Assembly: GCF_016433145.1 (NCBI RefSeq)
Contig: NC_058130.1
Coordinates: 84,838,545 to 84,902,544, forward strand
Direction of reading: 5' to 3'
Length of the DNA: 64,000 nucleotides
From: Gracilinanus agilis
Taxonomy: Eukaryota
Below the pieces are notes generated by a model that was not told where the DNA came from, did no database searches, and worked only from the letters and a program-made list of their open reading frames with translations. The translations under genes and the position numbers were made by a program. Shown here in pieces: positions 1-10,989 of the stretch (within the stretch, counting starts at the first letter, position 1; every line of letters begins with the position of its first letter).

Positions 1-390
1 CTCAATTCTAGCCTTTAGGGACTGGTTTTCGGCTCTAAACTTTTCGTTTTCAGCTATGATCTTTTCAATCTGGTCATTTCTGGTGTTCAATTTGCTTATC
101 AGTTCATTTGATTTCTGAGCCTCACTTTCCAATTGCAAGATTCTACCTTTTAAACTGTTATTTTCTTGCCAGATCTCTTCCATCTTCCTCAGAATCTCAG
201 TTTTGAACTCTTCCATAGCTTGTGACCCGTTTTCCTTATTTGAGGAGGGTCCGGATGCTTGTTTGTTCTCCTCTTCTGTTTGCTCAGTTGTCTGAATTTT
301 CTCTGTGTAAAAGTTGTCGAGTGTTAAAGACTTCTTTTCCTTGTTGTTAATCTTTCTCTTCTGAACTTCCTGAGTCTGGGTAGCCATCAT
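1..390 (-). CDS. L1 ORF1p N-terminus (runs off left edge)
   Basis: Minus strand from ATG at 390 reads MMATQTQEVQKRKINNKEKKSLTLDNFYTEK...ENNSLKGRILQLESEAQKSNELISKLNTRNDQIEK... with no stop to position 1. Coiled-coil character; lies downstream of an L1 5'UTR. Absent from the ORF track because no stop is in the window. Confidence 0.85.
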   Translation of the reverse strand, partial: MMATQTQEVQKRKINNKEKKSLTLDNFYTEKIQTTEQTEEENKQASGPSSNKENGSQAMEEFKTEILRKMEEIWQENNSLKGRILQLESEAQKSNELISKLNTRNDQIEKIIAENEKFRAENQSLKARIE

Positions 391-1022
391 TAGCTCAGTA
401 GCTTCTCAGCTTTATCCTCGCCGTGGTCTTTTGGCTTCTGAGGTCTGCGTTCTGGTTTTTTCCAAGGTTAAGCCCCCTGGTGGACCCCCTTGCTTGATCC
501 TCTGGTGGAGGTTTACACGTCTCAGGGAGCTGCTTCCACAGTCGTATACCCGTCTGCACTGGTTCCCCACTCAGGGTTTCAGAGCTTTAGCTCCTGGCTG
601 TGTCTGCCTCCACCCACGCCTCCGCTGCGCCTGCGCTCTCCCGCACTCAAATTTCGGGTGCGTTCTTTGGCTTATTGGGGTCCCAAATCTTGCTGCTCTC
701 AGGAACAGGCCCTGTAGCTGCCAATGGCTCGATGGGTGCCCCAAACTTGCTCTATTTCTTTTTAACTGGCTTTGGCGCTATAGGTGGTGTGTGTGGAGGG
801 GGTGGGGGTGGGGTGGTTGCTCAGCCCGCGATTTAGTGAGAGCTGTTTCACCCCTTTATAGCATGGAAATGTCCTGATTCCACGTACCTTCCACACTGCA
901 CCCTGTTGTGGGGTTCCTCCGTTCGTCTGGACTTGTTTTTATGTCCCCTTGAGGAGTTTTGTGTGTTTTGGTCAGGAGAGGTTAAGAGCTGCTTTTTACT
1001 CTGCCGCCATCTTAACCTGGAA
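1..1022 (-). mobile_element. 5' end of a young LINE-1 (CpG-rich 5'UTR 391-1022 plus ORF1 start)
   Basis: Minus strand starts ...AAGATGGCGGCAGAGTAAAAAGCAGCTC, a typical L1 5' terminus with a YY1-like motif. UTR retains CpGs; ORF1 is open. Confidence 0.85.
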
Positions 1023-1036
1023 CCTGCATTTGGTTT

Positions 1037-1232
1037 ATATATATATTTTTTAATTTTAAACCCTTAACTTCTGTGTATTGACTTATAGGTGGAGGATTGG
1101 TAAGGGTAGGCAATGGGGGTCAAGTGACTTGCCCAGGGTCACACAGCTGGGAAGTATCTGAGGCCGGATTTGAACCTAGGACCTCCCGTCTCTAGGCCTG
1201 GCTCTCAATCCATTGAGCTACCCAGCTGCCCC
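1037..1232 (-). mobile_element. tRNA/CORE-type marsupial SINE (SINE1_Mdo-like)
   Basis: Reverse complement GGGGCAGCTGGGTAGCTCAATGGATTGAGAGCC...GGTTCAAATCC with A-rich tail; 14-bp TSD cctgcatttggttt at 1023-1036 and 1233-1246. Confidence 0.92.
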
Positions 1233-1246
1233 CCTGCATTTGGTTT

Positions 1247-3060
1247 TGCTAGTACTTGTTGTGTATTTTCTGCTGTTATGTTATGGTTTTGTATGTCTAT
1301 AACATCCTTGTCAATATGTACTGAGGATTTGAAGTTTGAATCTGTCCTTACTGGTACTTTGCATTTTGTAATATCCCTATCATTGTTTACTAATACAGTC
1401 ATTATGCTTGATTTAAAGTCTTTTGTAAGTACATTTTTGTTTTTCTCCTGTTTCTTTGAATCATTATCTTTTATCCCATAAATTCCATTTTTTATTTCTA
1501 TAACATCCCTTTCCATTTGATTTTCTTCCTCTATTTGCTCCCTAGATTTAATCTTTGCTTTTCCATCTCCACAGTACATTTCCTTGCCTAAGTCCTCTAT
1601 ATCTTGTTTTTCATTTCTATTCCCATTTCTACAACTCTTGTTTTTTCCTGGCTTGATAAGTTGGATTTTTTTTTCCTATGCCAGCGAGTACTTGGGAATA
1701 CCATGGCTTTGCACCCTGGGCAATGAAATCCTGCAAAGTCTTCAAGTCAGGGGTGTGACTCGAGCTTTTATAATTGTGATCACAACATTTATTTTCCCCA
1801 TTGTAAGTGTGATTGTATCTTGAATTCGTGTGAGTGTTATTGTAAGACCTTCTCTTGTTGTTGTTGTTCAAGTTTAATTGAGCTTTGAAATGACAAAAAT
1901 GTATGTGCCCTTGACGCCCACATAAAAAGCATCTCCTGTTGGAATTATTTGTTTTGTTGGTATCGTGTGCCTGCAAAGTTGCAAGATTTTTTTTATCTCA
2001 TCTATTTCTTTTTGTTTATTGGTTGACTTTGCTTCTTTAAGATGTTGCTTCAAATCTTTGATTATGTCATCTTTTTCCCTAGCAGATTCTTTGTTTTCCT
2101 TGTTTTCTTTGTCCCTAGAATAAACATAAGAGGCTGTTTTACATAGATCATCTAGGTTTAGTGTTTCCCATCCAGGACAGTGTAGTTTAAAATAGGTCTT
2201 GATGAGTAAATTGCTCCCCTTAATAAACTGTCTCCTAATATGTTGGAAATTGTCCTCATTCAAGTTTTGAAATCCTAGAATATTCTCCCCAGCCTCAACC
2301 AGTCCATCTAAGAATATGGATGGATGTTTCCCTGATTCCTGCCTCAGTTGCTTGAATTTCCCCCATGAATCAAGCCTTTTTGCAAATTATTTCATTGCCT
2401 CCCCAAGATCTTCCCTACATCTCCTCAAATACATCAAATTCTGATGGTTAGAAATTTCCAAATCACAGTATTCCTTGGGCCTTGACATTAAATTTGGATT
2501 CCTACGGGTTTCCTCAATGAACTGGGTTTTTTCCACTGGTATAAATAATTCTCCTAAAAGAATTTTAATATCCTAGAAGTTTGGATCGTAAAGATGGAGT
2601 GCCCTTTTAAATTCCTTTATGCATTTGAATGAGTCAAGGAAAAATTTTGGCATGCATCTTTTCAGGCTGTCCAGGTCCCCAGATGTGAAGAGTTTGTGTG
2701 TTTTTAAATGCACGACTCCAAAATCAGCCTGTAAAGTCATGTGATCACAAATAGGAAGAATCGAGATTGCTGCTTCTGCCCCTTCTGTGGTTTGTCATGT
2801 TGTTTCTTTGATGTTGTCTTCTGTTTGTGTGGCCATTTGTACTTTATTCTTTAATATATTTTCTTTTTCTTCCTTAAGCTGTTTGTTTATTTCTAACAGT
2901 TGTGCTATTTCCTTTCTCAAGGCAAGTATGAATACAGTGCCATCATCTCCATGAGAGAGGTGAGGTGGTAAATAGTAATGAGCCAGTGAGTTTGAATCTA
3001 TCAACCCTTCCCTCAAAGTACCACTAACACTTGACAAACTGAGGGTGTTTCTCCGAAATG
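1247..3060 (-). pseudogene. ERV gag remnant (class I-like), inverted relative to adjacent pro-pol
   Basis: Fragmented minus-strand ORFs 2795-3037, 1874-2263 (KTYFKLHCPGWETLNLDDLC), 1629-1976 with zinc knuckle CFLCGRQGHIHFC (1893-1931), and 1205-1579. Confidence 0.8.
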
Positions 3061-3630
3061 GTGACAGGTCGGAGGCAGGAGCTGGCGTTGAAGGACAGTG
3101 GGAAGGTTACCCTAATTGGTGAGGTGTGTAGAGACCCTGGCTGGACCAGCACAGCCCCTCGGTGAACTAAAGCACCCCAGGGTGGGGGGGGGAAGCGAGA
3201 ATGAAGGGGGGAAGGGGAGGGGTCAAGTCAAGCAACTGCTCACAGACCCTCTTCCCCTCATGGCCACACAGCCAGCCCCAGTGAGAAGTGTTTTGCCAGA
3301 GAGAAGAGTGATACATTTTTTTCCCATTGACCCCAGATAACATAAAGGGAAGCCAAAAAAGAAACTCAATTTCAAGCTCCAAAGCCTAATTCAAAAACCT
3401 CCCAAACACACATAGGCAACTTGGTATCTTTTCTTAACGCTGAAGCTGTAAGTTTCTAGCCTAGAAACAACGTACAAAGTCTCCCTGATTTAAAACGGCC
3501 AGCCACAGGAAAATTTCTTACAACGAGGTACCACTGCAAACCTCGGACTTTTCAGAGGCTGAGAGAGAAAGACAACCTCTCTTGGAACACAAATAACACC
3601 AAACTAACCCAAAATTAGAGCTGAGATATC
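3061..3630 (-). mobile_element. ERV 5' leader-like region (minus strand)
   Basis: T/G-rich non-coding sequence directly upstream of the minus-strand gag; boundary with the + strand ORF at ~3636 is approximate. Confidence 0.5.
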
Positions 3631-3635
3631 CTGGA

Positions 3636-4390
3636 GTGGTGAAAGGGGAGAACATTACATCCAATTCTTTCCCTGAAACCATAAAAGGAGACTCACAAAA
3701 GGCTCTAATTAGGGAAGAAAATGATCAGTTTCAAACTGCTGTTCCAAAGCAGACATGTTTGTCTGTTTCTCAAGGTTCCATCACAGGCAGAGAAACTCTT
3801 CAGCAAGGGGGAGGGGCAGAATCAAACACTTCACAGGAAGTGTGCATGGGGGTAGCCATCTTACCGGAAGTGCTCTGTCCAGATTACCATATATCTCCTA
3901 ATAGGGCAGCATTAGAATCTGAGACCATTACTGTAAAGCCACTATTACAAGAGAATGAAGTACTTTCTTTACATAATAACATCAATAATGAGCCATTGAT
4001 TAATATAGAAATAAAGAGGAAATTGATTTAAGGCCTTGATATAGGAGCAGACCTAAGCACAATGAAAGATCTTTCTACAGATTGTGAGATGCTAGGAAGA
4101 GTGCAAGTAAAGGAAGCATCTGGGATAACCAAACTGCAACCATGAATTCTTGTTTTTACCATCATGCCAAAATAATTTAATAGGGAGGGACACCCTATGC
4201 AAATTAGAAGCCACCATTTATTGTGAGCCAAATGGTGAGATCTATTTGCATCTCCCTAAAAGATCACTAAAGCATCATCCCTACCTGTGCTTAGATATAG
4301 ATGACTATAGCATATTAATACTGGAACAAGATACCATCTACAAAATTCCAGATACAATACCCAAAGATGTCTAGGCCACCAGTTCCTCAG
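3636..4390 (+). pseudogene. ERV gag tail and aspartic protease remnant
   Basis: ORF 3636-4031 leads into LINIEIKRKLI*GLDIGADLST (degenerate DTGA), then NLIGRDTLCKLEATI (flap/GRD motif). Confidence 0.8.
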
Positions 4391-5586
4391 ACATGGGTAG
4401 GATCCTGTCTGCCAAACCAATCAAAATCAAAGTGAAAGGGGGAATACCACCCAGGATTCCTCAATTCAAATTAAGAAAAGAAGCTGTGGCCGGAATAAAA
4501 CCAATCATCCAAAGCTTATTAGATCAAGGGATAAATATTGGTATATGGATTCTCAGAATTTAATATTCCCATCTTGCCCATAAAGAAGGCAAAATTAGAT
4601 GCTGAAGTTAATACCCAGTGGAGAATGGTTCAAGATCTACGAGCAATAAATAGTTACATGGAACAAATTCACACTATAGTTCCAAATCCATCCCAGCTGA
4701 TTGCAGAAATTCCACCAAATGCAAAGTGGTTCACTGTTGTGGATTTGGCAAGCACCTACTTCTCAGTGCCCATCCACAAGGATAGTCAAAAACTATTTGC
4801 ATTCTCATGGGAGGGCAAAACTGTTTTATGGAGTCAATTTCCACAAGGATTCATAAACAGTGCAAGCATCTTTTGCCAAATACTACAAAAAGATCTAGAA
4901 TCCATTTCTTTCACTGCCAGCAAAATGGTGCATTATGTAGACAACATCCTACTCATGTTACCAACAGGAGATATCTGTCAAAGAGACAGCAAACATTTGA
5001 TAGAGGAGCTGTATAAAAGAGGACATAAAATCTCCAGGAACAAAATCCAGTGGGTCAGAAATAGAATCGAGTTTTGGGGATCCATATTACAGGATGGCAC
5101 TAGAAGCATATCCCAAAGAAGAATAGATGACATACAAAACTTAAGCTTACCTAAAACCAAGAAGCAATTAAGAGCAATTATAGGCATGGCTAGCTTCTGC
5201 AGACAGTGGATCCCAGGCTACTCACTCATAGCCAAACCATTGACTGAGTTAACCAAGAAAGATATCAAGGAACCACTGAAGCTAACAAAAGAACATAAAC
5301 ATGCAATAAAAAAATTAAAAGCAGCCATATTGTCCTCACCAGCTTTAGGTATTCCTGACCACAATAAACCATTTCATCTGTTTATCCATGAGGATAAAGG
5401 AATTGCCTGTGCAGTGCTCATGCAATATTTAGGTAGCAACCTAAGACCCATAGCTTACTACAGCTCAACTCTCAATCAGGTTATGCAAGGAATGGTTTCC
5501 TGTCTAAAGATTATCACTACTGCCACTCTAATGGTTAGGAAAAGTTCAAAGCTAGTTCTGGGAGGGGAGCTGAGATTGTATTCCCA
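4391..5586 (+). pseudogene. ERV reverse transcriptase remnant (class I, YVDD type)
   Basis: PILPIKK, WRMVQDLRAIN, WFTVVDLASTYFSVP, FPQGFINS, YVDNILL, KKQLRAIIGMASFCRQWIPGYS, LRPIAYYS in ORF 4538-5758; the frame is broken by an LTR insertion at 5587. Confidence 0.93.
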
Positions 5587-5852
5587 TGTAAAGTTGAAAA
5601 GACCTTGTACCCCTTTAAACTACATTACCCAAACACCGTTTCACCACACCCATAATTCCTTAAGCCTTTTCCTATTGGTTGTGGATTTTGCGGGCGGTTT
5701 TGATATGGTTGTTGTGGGCATGGTGACGGGGCTTTTTGAAGAAGAGGCGGTGTGGTAAAGGGTGAGTTGGGACACTTTCCCTGTGCTTTTAATAAAATCC
5801 ATATAGATATCATACTTTGGAGGCACTGAATATTAATTTTAAAACTTACAGT

Positions 5853-5872
5853 TGGTGACCTTATGAAGGGAT
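5853..5872 (+). promoter_or_regulatory. Primer-binding site, probably tRNA-Arg type
   Basis: TGGTGACCTTATGAAGGGAT resembles the complement of the tRNA-Arg 3' end (TGGCGACCACGAAGGGA) with CpG decay and a 2-nt insertion. Confidence 0.5.
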
Positions 5873-7058
5873 CCTCAGATTCCCTGTGGAAATAGTTCCC
5901 AGCTGCACCCTACCTCCCTACCCCCCGCCAGTGGCAGAGCTTTCTGCTGTTTTTTTAAACCTTTGCTGAGCTGCTGCCTCCCACTTTTTCCCCTGATCTG
6001 TGCATTTTCCCTCCCAGGAGTCCTTCACATGCCTTCCCCACCCTCTCCACCCTTGCACTGGGCCCTCAGCCCCCTGCTGCCTCCCGGTGCCTTCCACGTG
6101 CTTTTTCCCGTTCCCTCAACTGACTTCTATTCTTTACCTCTGTGATTGTGTAAAACTACACATTTTGTTTGTTTGTTTTTCTTCCTACATGTGCAATACA
6201 GCATTTGATTTTTTTCTTTTCTTTCAATTTTTACATTTGAGGCACGTCACTAGCATTAAATAGACTCTTGACTGTTTTGATTTTTGCAATAAGAATAAGC
6301 TAAGATGTCCATTTGCCTAGCATATAAATTTATACTCAAAAAGCATTGGACTATAGAAACCTGCCAATAGTTATTTAATTATTATGAGACTTTTGCTCGA
6401 TGATTATGTCTAATCCAAGGAGAATTGGACCACAAAGGAGCACAGAGTTTTTGACCTGCAAAGTGGAAAATAAGCACATAAAGGAAAAAGACCAAACTAA
6501 TCCTATAAGGATTAATGACATTCTACGCAAAGACTTGATCCTGTGTGAGACTCGAGGTTGAGACCCTTAGCATATGTTAAGACGTAGGACTTTCTTGTAC
6601 CTCACTCAATATCAAGAACTCGACATCAATTATTCTGGCTCCATTATCTCTGAAAATGAAGAAAAGCATTGCACCAGGAAATGCCATTTCCCATTTGTCT
6701 CGAGATCTAGTCTCCTTTTTCCATTTCTTTCATGATGTGACAACTTACTGTAGTCCAGGCTGCTAAATTGGGTTAGTGAGTGATTGTTGTTGCAAAGCTT
6801 ATGGGACATGGATTGCTACAGGAACCTGCTTTGATTTGTGAATTTTTTCCTTTTTCTTGTTCCTAGAATTTTTTCCTTTCACATTTTTTAATACCCTATA
6901 TTTTCCTCAGAGGTTATTTTTTTTCTTTTTTCTTTTTTTCCTTTTTATTTTTCTTTGGACTCTTTGATGTTTTGAGAATTGATTCATATACCTTATGCCT
7001 TGACCATGTATTCCTGTGTGATTCCCATGTGTATCCCTGTATTTTCCTCAGGGGGGAA

Positions 7059-7441
7059 TGTAAAGTTGTTCTCCTCTAGGGGACTATGTTATTTCTGTGA
7101 ATTTGGACTTGAATTTGACCCTAATTTAGAACAGAAGACTACCTCCCAGAATCTAGAAGACACCATGAAGATTCCTGCAGAGACCACACACTGCACAAAA
7201 GATCCAGAGTGAATTTCAAGACATGGCGAATTTGAACTTTGTGGGGGTTGAATGTATTTATTTTGAATGGACACTTTATACCAGAAAGGGGACTGCCCCC
7301 TAAATGGCTTTTGTCAATGCACTGAACATTGGTTTTGTTCTTTCTCCATTTTATTTCCCTTTTATCTCTGAATTATTGTAAACTTTAATTTGATTATGTT
7401 TTCATGATCCATTGGGGAGACTTGTCTCCCAAAGGATTACA
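7059..7441 (+). mobile_element. Second, unrelated LTR-like segment inside the non-autonomous element
   Basis: Preceded by its own PPT (AGGGGGGAA 7050-7058), starts TGTAAAGTTG, ends TTACA, and is directly followed by the PPT of the true 3' LTR. Confidence 0.6.
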
Positions 7442-7713
7442 GGGGGGAATGTAAAGTTGAAAAGACCTTGTACCTCTTTAAACTACATTACCCAAACTCC
7501 CTTTCATCATACCCATAATTCCTTAAGCCTTTTCCTATTGGTTGTGGGTTTTGCGGGAGGTTTTGATATGGTTGTTGTGGGCATGGTGACGGGGCTTTTT
7601 GAAGAGAAGGCGGTGTGGTAAAGGGTGAGTTGGGACTCTTTCCCTGCGCTTTTAATAAAATCCATATAGATATCATACTTTGGAGGCATTGAATATTAAT
7701 TTAAAAACTTACA

Positions 7714-8536
7714 CCCAGCACAAATTTTTAATCACACTGAGGAATACAAATCTCTAAGCCTTTACATCACATCTCTCCCAGTTCCAAGCAATCTTACTAA
7801 CAAACAAGAACTTAACTTTCCACAGATGCAAGACCATTAACCCAGCAACTCTTATCCCTGAGTTACCATTAGAAGGGGATAGCCTGGGGCAGCTGGGTAG
7901 CTCAGTGGAGTGAGAGTCAGGCCTAGAGACAGGAGGTCCTAGGTTCAAACCCGGCCTCAGCCACTTCCCAGCTGTGTGACCCTGGGCAAGTCACTTGACC
8001 CCCATTGCCCACCCTTACCAATCTTCCACCTATGAGACAATACACCGAAGTACAAGGGCTTAAAAAAAAAAAAAAAAAGAAGGGGATAGCCTTCACAATT
8101 GAGATCATGCAGAAGACCAGAGAGATATCAGACATACTCATGGTCCAAGCAGACCTCACACTCTTCTGTGATGGCTCGAATTACCAACTTGGTGGGCAGA
8201 AATTTACAGGAGCCACAGTTTCAACTCAGAATGAAACCATATGGTTTTCAGCACTTGGGCCAAACATCTCAGCTCAAGGGGCAGAAATAATAGCTTTAAC
8301 ACGGGCACTCCATATTACTGAAGGCAAAGCTGTGAACATTTTTACAGACTCAAAATATGCTTTTGGTGTTATACATGCATCAGGGGAAATCTGGAAAAAT
8401 AGAGGTTTCGTGACTTTAAATGGGAAAGCAATAGCATATGGGAAACTAATCAATGAGTTATTTCAAGCCATACAATTACCATCCAAACTTTTTGTGATGC
8501 ACAGCCAAGCACATCAAAAAATCATGGAGCCAGTAT
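7714..8536 (+). pseudogene. ERV connection domain and RNase H remnant
   Basis: Removing the LTR insert restores ...ELRLYSQHKFLITLRNTNL...CKTINPATLIPELP. RNase H motifs LFCDGSN, SAQGAEIIALTRAL, VNIFTDSKYAFGVIH are present. Confidence 0.9.
7886..8077 (+). mobile_element. Young marsupial SINE (SINE1_Mdo-like)
   Basis: GGGGCAGCTGGGTAGCTCAGTGG head, poly(A) tail, 15-bp TSD agaaggggatagcct (7871-7885, 8078-8092). Confidence 0.93.
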
Positions 8537-8544
8537 AGTTAGGC

Positions 8545-8736
8545 CAGTGATTCCCAAAGTGGGCACAGCACCCCCTGGTGGGTGCTGCAGCGATCCAGGG
8601 GAGCAGTGATGGCCACAGGTGCATTTATCTTTCCTTTTAATTGCTATTAAAATTCTAAAAATTTAATTTCCAGGGGGCTAAGTAATATTTTTTTCTGGAA
8701 AGGGGGCAGTAGGCCAAAAAAGTTTGGGAACCACTG
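8545..8736. mobile_element. hAT-Charlie type MITE, copy 1
   Basis: TIRs CAGTGATTCCCAAAGT / AGTTTGGGAACCACTG; 8-bp TSD agttaggc with central TA. Confidence 0.9.
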
Positions 8737-8744
8737 AGTTAGGC

Positions 8745-10155
8745 AATTACCACATGCACATCAGTGCAAAATTTGCAGCTAGGTTTGGACCTAAGCAAAT
8801 ATTCCACTATCTTTAGTAGACAAAGATCAGTTTCAAGAAACTTACTCACAAAAGGAAGTGAAATATTGGCAAGAAAATTTTGGAGCCAATCTAGTAAATG
8901 GAGTGTGGATGTCCATCTCGGGAAAACCATTCTTGCCAAAATTACTGCACCACACAGCTTGTACAGCAAAGAGTTCTTGGGATGATAGACATAATTCAAA
9001 AAAGTTGGATCGGCCTTGGCATAACAATAGAAGCCAAAAGAGTATGTGACAATTACAGAGTCTCCCTGCAATTCAATCAAGGCCTAAGAAAAACAAAAGC
9101 TCATGGGGGAAAACCACTGGCATACACACCCTTCGAATGTCTACAAATAGACTATGTCACAGTGCCAAAATATCAGGGTTTTTGATACATACTCCTGATA
9201 GTGGACAAACTAACCAAATGGCCAGAAGCATTTCCAGCCAGACAGAATAATGCAGCATTTGTAGCCAAAGTCCTACTGAGAGAGATAATTCCCAGATTCT
9301 CTATTCCTGCAGTTATCTCATCTGACTCTGGGAGTCACTTTGCAAACTCCATTCTTAAGCAAGTCTAACAAGTGTTAGGAATCAAGAGACATCTAAGTTC
9401 CATTTATAGACCTCAGTCGTCTGTGGCCGTGGAACGTACCAACCAGAGTCTCAAAACCATGATCGGGAAGCTATGCACAGAGAACCATCTTAAATGGCCA
9501 GATGTCTTGCCAATGGCACTTTTCCACCTGAGAAGCCAACCACATAATACAACTCATTTATCACCTTTTGATATTATATGGGAAACTTCCATAGGTTGGG
9601 AAAGCACCTTAAGACACCAATTACCTATCATACCTTGGGATAGAGTGCAAAATCTATGAATATATCACTCTATTGAAAGAAAGACTGGGGAAAAAAAAGA
9701 AAGAAAGACTGGAAGAATTGCAGAAATTATCATTGATCCAACCAAGAGTTCCACTAGATTTAGCTTACATGATTTCAAACCTGGAGACAATTTATATTAG
9801 AAACTTCACAAGAAGATCAGTGTTAGAACCAAAATGGTACAGTCCTCATGAAATAATATTTGTAACACCTACAGCTGTAAAAATCAAAGGGAAAGATGCA
9901 CGGTATTATTACTCATATATAAAATCGTCCTCCAAACCAAGACCTCATTCAAGAATCCAACAAGAAACAGAGCCTGAGAACATAGAATCACACTTAAAAC
10001 CAAAGCCTCAGACACAAAAAGACCAAGACACAGATGCAGAGATAAGTGAAACACAAGATCACACAGACAGCCAAGACAAAGACCAACATCAGGAGCAAGA
10101 CACTCAAAGCATTGAATTAGACTACACAAATGCCTCAAAAACACATGAAAATTAG
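8745..10155 (+). pseudogene. ERV integrase remnant with Q/D/T-rich tail
   Basis: PFECLQIDYVTVP, IVDKLTKWPEAFP, PAVISSDSGSHF, YRPQSSVAVERTNQSLK, KWPDVLPMALFHLR, EPKWYSPHEIIFVTPTAVKIKG (GPY/F-like); several stops and frameshifts. Confidence 0.9.
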
Positions 10156-10989
10156 AAAGCCTATCCACACAAGGACTCAGCAGTGGTGAAGAATAATGAA
10201 CATTACACCAACAACATCAAAGACAAATGCAAAAACATAAAAATCTTAGAAGAAGAAAATTTGTGGCAACACAAAATTTAACACAACACTACACAATCAC
10301 ACACTGGTTCCTGATCTAGGGAATCTCTTCAAGCAAGTTGAGAACTGACAAAATGGGTATCTAGCAAAGGAGAAGAGGAGATGAGATTCCAAAGAGCCCA
10401 GAGATTCCAGAGACACCAGGACATCAGGACATCAGGATCAGTACAAGGACAACACAAGAGACATTGCACAAAGACTACACAAGGACCTGAACTGTGACAA
10501 CACCTATGTGACTTGGACAACATCACTGGAAGAATCACAACGGCAACAAGATCAGCTGACCAGGATTAGGTTTGAATGGTGCAAGGTTTACACATTCAGA
10601 CACAAATCAAAAAGCAAATGCACACACTAGAATGCATGCAACAGAATACAGGCTGATTGAGAGAATTTCTGGAAGAAGAAGGTGAGTATAAACCAAATAG
10701 CACATGCTAAGTCAGAAGTCCAACACATAGACACAGTAAAGTCATATCACATGTACATATTGTAAATAGATGTAAATAAGTTTGAGTACAAAGTACATTG
10801 GCCATACAATAAATAAGAGAACTCAAATTCCTTGTAAGGTCAAACAGTACTCATACTCTTTCAAAGGAACATCACATGAAAACCTTGTACATATGTATTG
10901 TATTGTTACTAACCAATAATGAATAGTTTACTAATCTGTAGGGAGAGAATAGTGAAAGGGAAGTTCAATTCTAGCTAGCAAAGGGACAG

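Larger units (their letters stand above)
5587..7713 (+). mobile_element. Non-autonomous LTR retroelement nested in ERV pol
   Basis: Two 264-bp LTRs (5587-5850, 7450-7713; TGTAA...TTACA) differing at roughly a dozen sites. 4-bp TSD ccca (5583-5586, 7714-7717); PBS-like TGGTGACC after the 5' LTR; PPT AGGGGGGAA before the 3' LTR; no long internal ORF. Confidence 0.9.

Noticed and set aside
431-877. Antisense ORFs in the L1 5'UTR (ORF0-like?)
   Set aside because: They start at TTG/GTG, lie in GC-rich sequence where long ORFs arise by chance, and show no recognisable similarity.
5625-7689. Short ORFs repeated at 5.6 and 7.5 kb, and the C-terminal ~55 aa of ORF 4538-5758
   Set aside because: Read-through into or within the LTR copies; not proteins.
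7886-7960. tRNA gene-like A/B boxes at SINE heads
   Set aside because: Part of SINEs with CORE, tails and TSDs; not tRNA genes.
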